Assembly: GCA_964016885.1 (NCBI GenBank)
Contig: OZ024741.1
Span: 34,906,001-34,970,000 of the forward strand
DNA length: 64,000 nucleotides
From: Eledone cirrhosa
Lineage: Eukaryota
Direction: 5' to 3'
The notes under the pieces were generated by a model. It was not told the origin of the DNA and did no database searches. It saw only the letters and a list, made by a program, of their open reading frames with translations. Shown here in pieces: positions 45,111-58,254 of this stretch (within the stretch, counting starts at the first letter, position 1; every line of letters starts with the position of its first letter). Made by a program: the position numbers and the translations under genes.

Positions 45111-47197
45111 TAAGTAGATAAGGCTATTAGAGACAAAAGACTAGCATGGAAGGCTTGGAAAAAGGGTGGGAGTAAGGAAGAATATACAGCCACTAAGTGA
45201 GAAGCTAGACGTCAGGTGTACTTAGCACGCAGGGAGGCAGAGAGTAGGAGGTTTGCCAATGTTCTGCGACGGGAAGATCAGAGGCGTGCGGTGTTCCACA
45301 TTGCAAGACAGTGTGTCAATGCAAATCAGGATGTTGTTGGAGATAAATGTGTCCGGGATGATGCCGGTGTACTTAGTGTCACGAATGATCAGAAAAAGGA
45401 GGCCTGGAAATGTCATGATGAGAGACTGATGAATGTGGAGAACAAATGGGAGAGAGAGAAATTACCCTTGGTAGATCCGACAGAGGGACCAGCTATTGAG
45501 ATTGATGAATATAGGGTCCAAGAGGCGATTAGGGAAATGAAAAATGGTAAGGCTGCCGGACCATCGGGAATAGTTGCTGAGATGCTGAAGGCATCAGGGG
45601 ACGTAGGCACTAAACTGGTTGCATGCATCATCAATCAGGCTATATATGCTGGTGTCATACCCAAAGACTGGTGCAGCAGTATTCTCATAAATTGCTACAA
45701 AGGTAAAGGGGATGCTCTGGAGAGGAGCAATTATAGGGGTATATAACTGATAGATCAGGTTATGAAAGTGGCAGAAAGGATTTTAGCACAACTAATTAGA
45801 GAAAGGGTCAAACTAGATGAGATGCAGTTTGGTTTTGTGCCTGGGAAAAGTACAACAGATGCCCTCTTCTTGGTGAGACAATTGCAAGAGAGGTTCTTAG
45901 GGAAGAATAAGCCATTATACTTAGCCTTTGTTGACCTAGAGAAGGCCTTTGATAGGGTACCCCGATCTGTCATCTGGTGGTCCCTAAGAAAGCTAGGTGT
46001 TGAGGAATGGCTTGTGAGGACAGTGCAAACTTTGTACAGAGGTACTCTCAGTAAAGTCAGGGTAGGAATGGAGTTTAGTGAGGAATTCCAGATACAAGTA
46101 GGAGTACATCAGGGTTCGGTCCTCAGCCCGCTCTTGTTCATTATAGTCCTCCCAGCCATAACAGAGGAGTTTAAGACTGGCTGTCCATGGGAACTTCTCT
46201 ATGCTGATGATCTGGTTCTTATAGCAGAATCAGTAGAGGAGCTAGAGAATAAATTCTGGCTATGGAAACAGCAGATGGAAGCAAGAGGACTGAGAGTGAA
46301 TCTAGCTAAGACAAAAGTGTTGATGAGTAGAAAAGAGGACAAAACCCTGATTCCGTCAGGGAAATGGCCATGTTCGATATGCAGAAAAGGAACTGGCATA
46401 AATTCTATAAAATGCACACAATGCAGGTCCTGGGTACACAAGAGATGTAGCGGGATAGCAGGCAAACTAACAGGTAGTGAGAAATATGTATGCAGTCGAT
46501 GTACAGGGAAATTAGACAGTAGAAGTCGCATTGATAGACACATTTTTTCAAATGGAGGAGGGCGCTATAGAAATGGTGGATAGCTTCCGGTACCTAGGAG
46601 ATCAGATTAGCATGGGAGGAGGGTGTTCCGATGCCATAGTATCTAGAATAAGGACGGGTTGGAAGAAGTTTAGGGAGCTGCTTCCTCTGTTGACGAAGAA
46701 GGGTTTCTCCCTGCGTACGAAAGGCCGGTTGTATGATGCCTGTGTGAGGAGCGCGATGCTGCATGGTAGTGAGACATGGGCAGCAACTGCAGAGGATATG
46801 CGATGGCTGGAGAGAAATGAGGCAAGCATGCTCCGTTGGATGTGCAGTGTAAATGTGCGTGAACGACCCAGCATAAATGTGTTGAGAGAGAAACTGTGTC
46901 TGAGAGGGATAGAATGTAGTGTACGGGAGAGGAGACTGAGGTGGTATGGACATGTGATGCGCATGGAGGATGACCGATGGGTGAAGAAGTGCCAGGAAAT
47001 GCCAGTTGAAGGAAGACGTGGTAGAGGTAGACCACGAAAAACATGGGCGGAGGTGGTGAGAACAGACCTCAGATCATTGAAGCTCACGGTGGAGATGACG
47101 AAGGACTGTGACGAGTGGAGAGATGCTGTGCTGAATAAGACCCGTCTCACCCTTGCAAGCAGGGAATAGCGGGTGTAAAATGATGATGATGATGATG
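45111..47197 (+). mobile_element. RTE family C, 5'-truncated and disrupted
   Basis: ORF pieces 45216-45746, 45762-46583 (LYADD, PHD-like) and 46531-47169, followed by an (ATG)n tail. Confidence 0.95.
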
Positions 47198-47264
47198 ATA
47201 AATATATATAAATATAAATATATATATATATAAATATATATATATAAATATATATAAATATAAA

Positions 47265-48370
47265 ATAAAGTCAAATGTTTAAAATTTAGCTTCGTTTATT
47301 ACTGCTATATATATTTCAGTGACAGCCATCTTTGGCTGTGACCTCTTCAGGCAGTCCGAATTAGTGTGGTATAGACAAGTACATATGTTGTTGAGGTGTA
47401 TAATATTGTCAATACTCTGATATGCCCAGTTCCTGGTTGGGTTGTTATTTCACTGAGGAACTGGAATCATATGAATTCAAACAAACAAATTTTAACATCA
47501 TGTACCTCATACCAATCTATCCAACATATTTCTGACCTTGAGATTGGTTATAGCACACACACACTTTATCCTACTTTATTTGAATCTTCATTTTATTTTT
47601 CACTTCTCCATATTCATTTTCATTACTTTTTCACCAATTTTTCATTTATTCTTTATTCTCTATTTATTATTTATTTTCTGTTTTCTTCATATATTGCCTT
47701 ATATTTCTTCATGTACATGGATAAACCCCCCCCCCCCCCACCACCACCACTATGAGAGATGGGGGCAGGAGGGATGAAGAAAAAACACACACACATACTT
47801 CTAAATTGTCAACAGAAGCAAGACATAAGCTGACCACAACACCAACATCACTACCAAAATAATGGTAGAGGTCAAATGTACTTAATAGCAAATACAAACA
47901 CTACAGGGAGCCTCACCCCAGAAAGAATTCTATAGACTTCTGACTGAGGAATGCTCTCAGAACTGACCAATGGGAGGTTTGACACTTTTTTTGTTATTTT
48001 GTTCCTTTAACACATTGTCCCTTCTACCACTTTATCAATTTTTTAAGCTAACTCCAACAATAACAACACTTAGAATGAGGAATGTTCTAACAACTGACTA
48101 ATGAGAGGAGAAGAGGCCCTTTGCCACTGAAATTCGTTTGTTTGAATTCATATGATTCCAGTTCCTCAGTGAAATAACAACCCAACCATGAACTGGGCAT
48201 ATCAGAGTATTGACAATATTATACATCTCAACAACATATGTACTTGTCTATACAACACTAATTCGGACTGCCTGAAGAGGTCACAGCCAAAGATGGCTGT
48301 CACTGAAATATATATAGCAGAAATAAACGAAGCTAAATTTTAAACATTTGACTTTTTATTTAACTTTATT
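47265..48370 (+). mobile_element. non-coding short copy of the 381-3255 PLE family with ~225-bp inverted ends
   Basis: 47265-47492 is the reverse complement of about 48129-48360. The interior matches 2440-3250 plus the segment seen inverted at 815-950. Confidence 0.9.
48267..48320 (+). ncRNA. hammerhead ribozyme family H1; mirror copy on the minus strand at 47301-47355
   Basis: Same core and stems as 3154-3208. Confidence 0.85.
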
Positions 48371-48545
48371 TTACATTACTCTGCAGTAACCAAACCAACC
48401 AGCGCACTTCGTCAAGTGCTCCAGCCTGCATACTGAGGTATTGGTATACAACCAACATATACTCAAAATCTATATATAAATATATATATATAAATACATA
48501 TATATATAAATATATATATAAATATATATATATATATAAATATAT

Positions 48546-48576
<31 letters not shown>

Positions 48577-48584
48577 AATATATA

Positions 48585-49072
48585 TCATCATCATCATCAT
48601 CATCACCGTTTTACGTCCGTTCTTCCACGCTAGCATGGGTTAGACGGGTTGTCCTGTTGTGAGCAGTGTCTGGTCGGCTTACCATGCCTTGCTCATACAG
48701 GAACTGATTTGGCTTGATTTCTACAGCTGGATGCCCTTCCTAACACTAACCTCATTTACAGTGAGTGCTGGGTGCTTTTTCGTGGCGCCTACATGTCCAC
48801 TTTACAGTGTGGGCTGGGTGTTTTTTGCCGTGGCACCTCCACGACCACCTTGCAGTGGGCGGTGTGGGGGCATATTGTCTATATGCTTCCGCTTGTACCT
48901 ATGGAAGGTCGGGTACTCTGTATTACTGCATGACGCCAGAAGTCACGGTCGTGTGTCATTGCCTTTGAGAGGTGTAATTGTGTAAGGTCGGCTTTTATCA
49001 CCTCATCCCAGGTCATCATGGGTCTCCCCACTCTGCGGTTTCCATCAACTTCTAGTGCTCTGCACCTTTTTT
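48585..49072 (-). mobile_element. RTE family B 3' fragment
   Basis: Matches 38850-39335. Confidence 0.92.
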
Positions 49073-49378
49073 ATGTATAAATATATATAAATATATACAT
49101 ATAAATATAAATATATACATATAAATATATACATATATATAAATATATATAAATATATATATATATAAATAAATACATATATATAAATATATATAAATAT
49201 ATATATATATAAATAAATACATATATATAAATATATATAAATATATATATATATATAAATAAATACATATATATAAATATATATAAATATATATATATAT
49301 ATAAATAAATACATATATATAAATATATATAAATATATATATATATATAAATATATATATATAAATATATATAAATAT

Positions 49379-49409
<31 letters not shown>

Positions 49410-49443
49410 AATATATACATATATATAAATATATATATATATA

Positions 49444-49475
<32 letters not shown>

Positions 49476-49522
49476 AAAATATATATATATAAATATATAT
49501 ATATAAATATATATATATAAAT

Positions 49523-49555
<33 letters not shown>

Positions 49556-49563
49556 AATATATA

Positions 49564-49746
49564 TCATCATCATCATCATCATCAACGTTTAACGTCCGTG
49601 TTCCACGCTTGCATGGGTTTGGACGGGGGTAGTCCCACTTGAGGCAAGAGTGATTGTCTTGCTCGCATAGGACTGTCTGGCAGGTTTTCTACAGTTGGAT
49701 GCCCTTCCTAACACCAACCACATTTACAGTGTGGGTCTGGGAGGTT
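49564..49746 (-). mobile_element. RTE family A 3' UTR tip
   Basis: Reverse complement of about 25175-25360. Confidence 0.9.
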
Positions 49747-49747
49747 T

Positions 49748-49778
<31 letters not shown>

Positions 49779-49808
49779 AATAAATATATATATATATAAA
49801 TATATATA

Positions 49809-49856
<48 letters not shown>

Positions 49857-49916
49857 TATATAAATATATATATATAAATATAAATATATATATATAAATA
49901 TAAATATATATATATA

Positions 49917-49972
<56 letters not shown>

Positions 49973-49983
49973 TATATATAAAT

Positions 49984-50095
49984 ATAGGAACCAGTAAGAC
50001 CCCGACGGCTGAGCTCAAGCCGTTTCGACGGCTAATTCCAGAATTAGCCGTCGAAACGGCTTGAGCTCAGCCGTCGGGGTCTTACTGGTTCCTAT
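49984..50095. repeat. perfect palindrome (55-bp arms, 2-nt loop) with tail to ~50119
   Basis: Arms checked base by base. Sister of 10422-10533 in the opposite orientation. Confidence 0.95.
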
Positions 50096-50117
50096 TACCC
50101 ACTCTACTACCCCAAGT

Positions 50118-50828
<711 letters not shown>

Positions 50829-50833
50829 AATAT

Positions 50834-51550
50834 AGTAATAATAATAATAGTAATAATAATAAAATTGAAGACTAAAATCCAAAGAGGGCTCGATAAGGAA
50901 AATATATATCAAATATATAAGAACCGTAGAGCAAATATTTATTAAAATAACAGATTAAAGTTTAAGCAAAGAATCGCTGCTTTCACCCTTAACGGGATCT
51001 TCTGAAACTAACAAAGTCAATCTGTAAACGCAGAACTGGATATTTCAAAAAACGTTGCAACCGGAGGAAGACAGGAAGACGATACTTTGGTTCGTGGTAA
51101 CGTTCGCTGGCAAAGAACGGGAAAAAACGAATAATACGTCATTAATAGGAGCGGTGAAAAACAATTACGCGCAAAGACAAAACCACGTTTATGGTATAAA
51201 AGAGGTCGTAGACTAATGTTCTCTTAGGTGGTGCATAGAGACGTTCTCTGGCAATGAACGAAAAAACGAAGATAATACGTCATATGTGGAGCGTGGAGAA
51301 CAATAGCACGCAAAGACAAAACCACGTAAATGGTATAGCAGAAATCGTAGCCTAAAATTCTAACTAGGAGACCAAATGAATCTCCGCTACAGAGTTAAGA
51401 ACAAAGTAAATAAATACAATACAGAAGTAATAGAAACAAATAAATACATACACGCAAACAGATACGTACATACACAAGCATACGCAAAACCTTACCATGG
51501 GTATACAAAACCACGTACATATAAATATGTGTGTGTGTATGCTTGTGTAC
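50834..51550. repeat. unclassified dispersed repeat (possibly a PLE UTR on the minus strand) with an internal ~141-bp duplication
   Basis: Pieces recur at 4498 and 44793. Direct repeat 51101-51216 / 51242-51356. Confidence 0.6.
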
Positions 51551-51552
51551 AA

Positions 51553-52902
51553 CGGGAATGGAGGACCTGTCCCTGGCCGCCAGGCCTGTTGTGCCAGGCC
51601 CGTGGCTTCCGGACGTCTGGTCCGCCGGGGCTCGGCCGTTTCGGACCGTGCCGGAATCAACATACTGATTGCGGATTTGGTACGGGTGATGAGAAATGTG
51701 TCCCGCATGTGCGGCCCCGGGGGGCTGGGGGGACACGTGCGGCACTTCATCCGCCGTGTGCGGTTCTCTGGCTGCAATCGGAGAGATGGAATCGGAGTGT
51801 ATAGAGGAGCCAGAACCAAATGGGAAAAAATGGTAAATAATGACATAAATGGGACCTGCCCCCTGTATAGGAGAAAATTTTGGAATAGAATAGAAAGAAC
51901 TAGGAACAAGGCCAATAGAATAAACTCATGGTATGATAGCAATAAATACCAGAGTGTAATGTTCATCAATACAACCCCTAGAGGCGAACTAGCCTACAAA
52001 TTTAGAAGGGCCCTAAATAAACATAAACTCAATATTAAGATAGTAGAAAGACCAGGTACCTCCGTAAAAACACTTATTAGCAAGACATACCCGTTCCAAA
52101 GACCCTCATGTATAGATAAGAAATGTATAACCTGTAAAATAAGTCCCCATATTAACTGTAAAACTAGAAATGTAGTGTATAGCATAAGATGTACTGAAGG
52201 ACAATGTAGAAACAAAAATATAGTGTACATAGGTGAGACAGCTCGTAGTATAGGGGAACGAATAAATGAACACTGGCGAGACCTTCAAGATAATAAAGAA
52301 TCATCTGTGCTCTACCAACATGCTAAGATAAAACACAGGGGTAGATTAGAGAACATAGAAATAAAAATAGAATCCACACACAGAAAAGATGCAATGTTTA
52401 GGCAAATTACAGAGGCAGTAAGCATAAAAGAATTACAACCAAAATTAAATAGAAAATATGAGTGGAACAGCAACATAACTTACAATTAAGGACAAAATGA
52501 AAACACACACACACATAGAACAAACAACCAACCAACAATAAATAAATAAATAAACAAATAGATAAATGAACACAAACACACACAGACACCCGGATGTGGC
52601 GCATGCGCAAACTGAGCACACAACACACACACAGAAACAAAATGGCGTAGGATAGAAGAAAGGAAAGGCACAGAAACAAAGAAAGGAATCCCCAGTCACT
52701 GAAGAGGTCACAGAGTGTGTGACGAAAGGACTATGACTATATATAAACAACTATCTGGTTGTGGAACCAACCAACCAACCAGAAATTTATAGGTTTGTAG
52801 ATTTGTAAATTTATAAATTTATAAATATATAATAAATTGAAGTGAAAGCAACTGGTGCGTGTGTTTCTTATTGGCAACATGACCCTCCCAAAGTATAACA
52901 AT
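51553..52902 (+). mobile_element. 5'-truncated PLE: RT thumb + Cys linker + GIY-YIG (ORF ends 52489) and pLTR
   Basis: PLYR..W, CIDKKCITC, CKTRNVVYSIRC, YIGETARS..ER..EH, RQITEAV.I...LNRKYEW. Confidence 0.92.
52694..52738 (+). ncRNA. minimal type I hammerhead ribozyme (family H2)
   Basis: agtca-CTGAAGA-g gtcaca gagtg tgtgac-GAAA-ggac-TA-tgact. Confidence 0.75.
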
Positions 52903-52926
52903 ATATATATATATATATAAATATAT

Positions 52927-52971
<45 letters not shown>

Positions 52972-53135
52972 TATATAAATATATATATATAAACATATAT
53001 ATATATATATAAATATATAAATATATATAAATGAAAGGTATAGAAATTGTTTTAGCGAGAAGCTAATAGTATTCTATAACATATATGCGACTATGTCGTC
53101 AAGATGGGGAAAGTAGTTAACGTAAGATTATATAT

Positions 53136-53167
<32 letters not shown>

Positions 53168-55030
53168 GCAAAAGTTCAATTTAAATTGTTGTGATACAAC
53201 AAGCAAATATTATTATAACTGATATAAAGCACTCGGCAAATATTTGGAGTAGATATACAGTATTAATAAATGGAAACTATATTTATAAAACCATATTTAT
53301 TTCATTATATATATTTCAAGGATACCAAGTTAAATCATGGTATGCTTTCATCAGACAAAATACAATATATAACAGTTTTACAAATAGATAATTGACATAC
53401 CCTTTCAAAAAGGTGACCCTTGTTTTTGGAGGCCATCCGGATAGTGGTTTGTTTACTTTAGTAAGTCATAGTGTTAAGAGTAAGTAAAAAGATGGAGAGA
53501 GAGAGAGAAACGTGGAGAAAAGAAAGGGAAAGATAGATAAAGAAAAAGAAGGAAGCAAAAAGAAAAGAGAACAGAGGAAAAATAACGGGGAGATATCAAA
53601 ACATCAGACAGAGAAAGAGCTCAAGAGAGAGATATGCATAGATAGAGAGAGGGGAGAGAGAACGAAAACCTTAAGTTATGTTATATTAAGTTGAGTTAAC
53701 AATTGAGATGAAATGAATAAATAAAATTAGAAATATTAATATTCGTGAATGGAATATAGATATATAATATGAGAAATTACACAATGTTTAATTATGATTA
53801 TATATTTAGTTTAAAATTGAGATCAATATATTAAAAATTGGAATTTAAACACTACAAAATAAATATATTGCTAGAGAAATTAGCTATCGTATATCACATA
53901 TACATAGACAAAGGTACATAAATATATATATATATACTCACTCACTCAGAGATATACATTATATCTACTCCCGCACACAATGTATACATACAAAGCATAA
54001 GTGATTTTTTATTTATTGCTATACACTCCTTGTGTTATTAATTAAAATATGTTAGTATATATCTACAAATATATAGGATTAACTTTTCTGCATTTATGGC
54101 TGTTAAGTTATGTATATCTGCAATCAAAAACTGCATAATTCTTAGCTATAATTCTTAGCTATACATGAATAGATATTTGTGTGTATCTTCAATTGGTATA
54201 CACGCGTCACTCATGCATATATACAGACAGACATATAATCACAAAAAACCTATAACATGTATATGTATGTCAACCCACACATATAGATACATAAGCCGTA
54301 CATAGACATAAGTATACATCAACATATAACATAGTACAATTGAGTATATAAAATACAAACGGATTATAATTATATCAATATAACTTAAAAGGCAAACGAA
54401 TTCTACAAACATCAAAATACTAAAATATCCCAAAATACTATAGAATATTTCAAGTTAAAATAATATGTTTAATATATTTAGCATAGAAATTTATCTTACG
54501 TATATTATAATCAAGACATTGAGAGGACAAACTTTTGAAAATTATGAGAAGCTATCAGAATAAAAAAATAAATCTAATAAAAATTATGAGAAGCTATCAG
54601 AATAAAAACAAATCTAATAAAAATAAAAAAATAAAAAAATAAAAAAATAAAAAAATAAAAAAATAAAAAAATAAAAAAATAAAAAAATAAAAAAATAAAA
54701 AAATAAAAAAAATAAAAAAAATAAAAAAATAAAAAAATAAAAAAATAAAAAAATAAAAAAATAAAAAATAAAATGAATCTAATAAAAAAATGAATCTAAT
54801 AAAAAAAATATAAATAAAATGAATCTAAGCTAAAATATGTTTAGTATAGAAATTTATCTTACGTATATTTTATTCCAGATATTGAAAGGATAAACTTTTC
54901 TAGAATAGTTTATTATATTTATAATTATATTTATGAAGAAAATTTATACTTGGGTACTTAACCAAAGAAAATGAAAAAGGTGAAGGAATCTAATGATTTA
55001 TCGACAGATTTCTTATATTAACTAAATTAT

Positions 55031-56083
55031 TTAATTAATTAAACTACATTTAAATTTATATTTATACGTTGAGTTCAATCTATGTCTGCAGCAACTGAAT
55101 AAATTATTTCTTAAATTAAGGGAATTTTTGGTCTTTAATATAAAAAATATTTCCTCTATACAAAGATCACAATTTTCAGGAGAGGAATTAAAAGGAGTAG
55201 CTTTTGAAATAATATTCCAAATCAATGAATATTCAACATTATCTCGTTTTAGGTCCCATAATAGGCTAGATAGCGAAGTTGAAGATTTTTTGTTTGGATC
55301 TGTAAAAGAATTTTTATCATTATTGAAGCGGGATTTAAATTCTGTAGAGGTAGAACCGACATAGTTAAATGAATTTAAATTAGTTTTAACATTACAATTA
55401 TAAACTACATTTTTAGCTAAGCAGTTGTTATTTAACGGACAGTTTGATTTATTTCTACAGTTACAGTTATTCGATTGAATATTGCTTGGATTATTATTGG
55501 TATTTTGGTTAGGTTTTAAATTTCTATTATTAATTCTATTAATATTTTGCGCTAAATTTTTGGTGGAAGAGTAAGTTAATTTTATAGTATGTCTATTAAA
55601 AATTGAGTAATATTTATGTGTTCTAGGGAATCGTTTGTCAAGAGCTTTAAAGAATAGTTTAGCAATAGGGGTTTTAATATTTAGTGAGAAAGGAGGAGCG
55701 AACCATAATATATTCCTAGTTCTATTTCTTTTTCGGCTTTTGGAGTTATTGTAATATTTTCTATTATAGTTGTTGAGATTGTTACCATAATTAAAGTTGT
55801 TATTATTTTGGTTATATTATTATTATTATCGATGTATTTAATTTTATTTCTATACCCAGCTCTACCTAACGCTTCGTTGTAATAATGCGCTTTTTCATCA
55901 AATATATTCTTATTAGATGAAATTCTTGAGATTCGTTCTTGAACCGAGTTCACTATAGTATTTTTAACGGATCTGGGGTGATTAGAGTTAAAATTGACAT
56001 AATTTAAGTTCTCATTTAGTTTGTGAAATGGATAATGAAGACATGTGTTTAGATTTAGTGTTACGTCTAGAAAATTGACTATT
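55031..56083 (-). pseudogene. PLE RT thumb + GIY-YIG endonuclease, frameshifted near 55800
   Basis: VNFLDVTL..NSNHP..., WFAPPFS, CNCRNKSNCPLNNNCL, VVYNC..YVGST, CDLCIEE...LNLRNNLFSCCRH. Confidence 0.88.
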
Positions 56084-57033
56084 TAATTATAATCCTTTTG
56101 TATTTTATATACTCAATTGTACTATGTTATATGTTGATGTATACTTATGTCCATGTACGGCTTATGTATCTATTGACGCGTGTATACCAATTGAAGATGC
56201 ACACACATATCTATTCATGTATAGCTAAGAATTATGGGTGTGAATATACATGCTTAAACATGCAGTTTTTGATTGCAGATATACATAACTTAACAGCCAT
56301 AAATGCAGAAAAGTTAATCCTATATATTTGTAGATATATACTAACATATTTTAATTAATAACACAAGGAGTGTATAGCAATAAATAAAAAATCACTTATG
56401 CTTTGTATGTATACATTGTGTGCGGGAGTAGATATAATGTATATCTCTGAGTGAGTGAGTATATATATATATATTTATGTACCTTTGTCTATGTATATGT
56501 GATATACGATAGCTAATTTCTCTAGCAATATATTTATTTTGTAGTGTTTAAATTCCAATTTTTAATATATTGATCTCAATTTTAAACTAAATATATAATC
56601 ATAATTAAACATTGTGTAATTTCTCATATTATATATCTATATTCCATTCACGAATATTAATATTTCTAATTTTATTTATTCATTTCATCTCAATTGTTAA
56701 CTCAACTTAATATAACATAACTTAAGGTTTTCGTTCTCTCTCCCCTCTCTCTATCTATGCATATCTCTCTCTTGAGCTCTTTCTCTGTCTGATGTTTTGA
56801 TATCTCCCCGTTATTTTTCCTCTGTTCTCTTTTCTTTTTGCTTCCTTCTTTTTCTTTATCTATCTTTCCCTTTCTTTTCTCCACGTTTCTCTCTCTCTCT
56901 CCATCTTTTTACTTACTCTTAACACTATGACTTACTAAAGTAAACAAACCACTATCCGGATGGCCTCCAAAAACAAGGGTCACCTTTTTGAAAGGGTATG
57001 TCAATTATCTATTTGTAAAACTGTTATATATTG

Positions 57034-57098
57034 TATTTTGTCTGATGAAAGCATACCATGATTTAACTTGGTATCCTTGAAATATATATAATGAAATA
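57034..57098 (+). ncRNA. hammerhead ribozyme family H4; mirror copy on the minus strand at 53298-53362
   Basis: tattttgt-CTGATGA-aagcatacca...tggtatcctt-GAAA-tatata-TA-atgaaata. Stem II has an A-U pair where the 34330 copy has G-C. Confidence 0.8.
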
Positions 57099-57253
57099 AA
57101 TATGGTTTTATAAATATATATATATATATAAATAAATATATAAATATATATATATATATAAATAAATATATAAATATATATAAATATATATATATAAATA
57201 TATATATATATAAATATATATATATAAATATATAAATATAAATATATATATAA

Positions 57254-57288
<35 letters not shown>

Positions 57289-57350
57289 AATATAAATATA
57301 TAAATATATATATATATAAATATAAATATATATATATAAATATATATATA

Positions 57351-58050
57351 TCATCATCATCATCACCGTTTTACGTCCGTTCTTCCACGCTAGCATGGGT
57401 TAGACGGGTTGTCCTGTTGTGTGCAGTGTCTGGTCAGCTGACCATGCCTTGCTCATACAGGAACTGATCTGGCTTGATTTCTACAGCTGGATGCCCTTCC
57501 TAACACCAACCTCATTTACAGTGAGTGCTGGGTGCTTTTTCGTGGCGCCTACACGTCCACTTTACAGTGTGGGCTGGGTGCTTTTTTGCCGTGGCACCTC
57601 CACGACCACCTTGCGGTGGGGGGTGTGGGGGCATATTGTTTATATGCTTCAGCATGTACCCATGGGAGGTCGGGTACTCTGTATTACTGCGTGACGCCAG
57701 AAGTCACGGTCGTGTGTCATTGTCTTTGAGAGGTGTAATTGGGTAAGGTCGGCTTTTATCACCTCATCCCAGGTCATCTTGGGTCTCCCCACTCTGCGGT
57801 TTCCATCAACTTCTAGTGCTCTGCACCTTTTTATGCAGCTGTCATCCTTCATACGCATCACATGTCCATACCAGCGCAACCGCCTCTCCTGCACACAGCA
57901 TTTGATTCCTCTTATGCTCAGTCTCTCTCAATTCATTTATGCTTTGTCGTTCACGTATATTACTGTTACACATCCATCGGAGCATGCAGGCTTCGTTTCT
58001 CTCTAATCTACGTAAGTCTTCCACCTTCAGCGCCCAGGTCTCACTACCAT
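57351..58050 (-). mobile_element. RTE family B 3' fragment
   Basis: Matches 38850-39555. Confidence 0.93.
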
Positions 58051-58216
58051 ATAAATATATATATATAAATATATATATTAGAAAGTGAGGTTTTTTTTTA
58101 CAAAATGAAAAATAACCGAGGTGTCCTACACAAGTGAAAGTATAAAGAAAAAGAGATGAAATCGAAAATGCAACTGGAGTCTTATTTTTTTAAAAAATAT
58201 ATATATTTATTTGGTT

Positions 58217-58254
58217 CCTTTACCGGTTTCGCAGTTCTTCTGCTTTTCAAAAGG
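58217..58254 (-). ncRNA. minimal type I hammerhead ribozyme, U3-A8 core variant
   Basis: Minus strand: cctt-TTGAAAA-gcag aagaa ctgc-GAAA-ccgg-TA-aagg, with palindromic ACCGGT. Confidence 0.85.

Larger units (their letters stand above)
53167..57113 (-). mobile_element. 5'-truncated Naiad-like PLE with ~1-kb inverted repeat (53281-54372 / 56084-57113)
   Basis: Identical mirror ORFs at 53512-53694 + and 56702-56884 -, with a coding remnant between the arms. An (A7T)n tract lies at 54620-54770. Confidence 0.92.

Noticed and set aside
50971-51010. Minus-strand cagaaga-tccc..gggt-gaaa hammerhead candidate
   Set aside because: Core U4 is changed, and there is no UH site or stem I.
51553-51810. Foreign GC-rich insertion or CpG island
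   Set aside because: It stays in frame with the PLE ORF and is specifically A-poor and G-rich, which fits A>G change.
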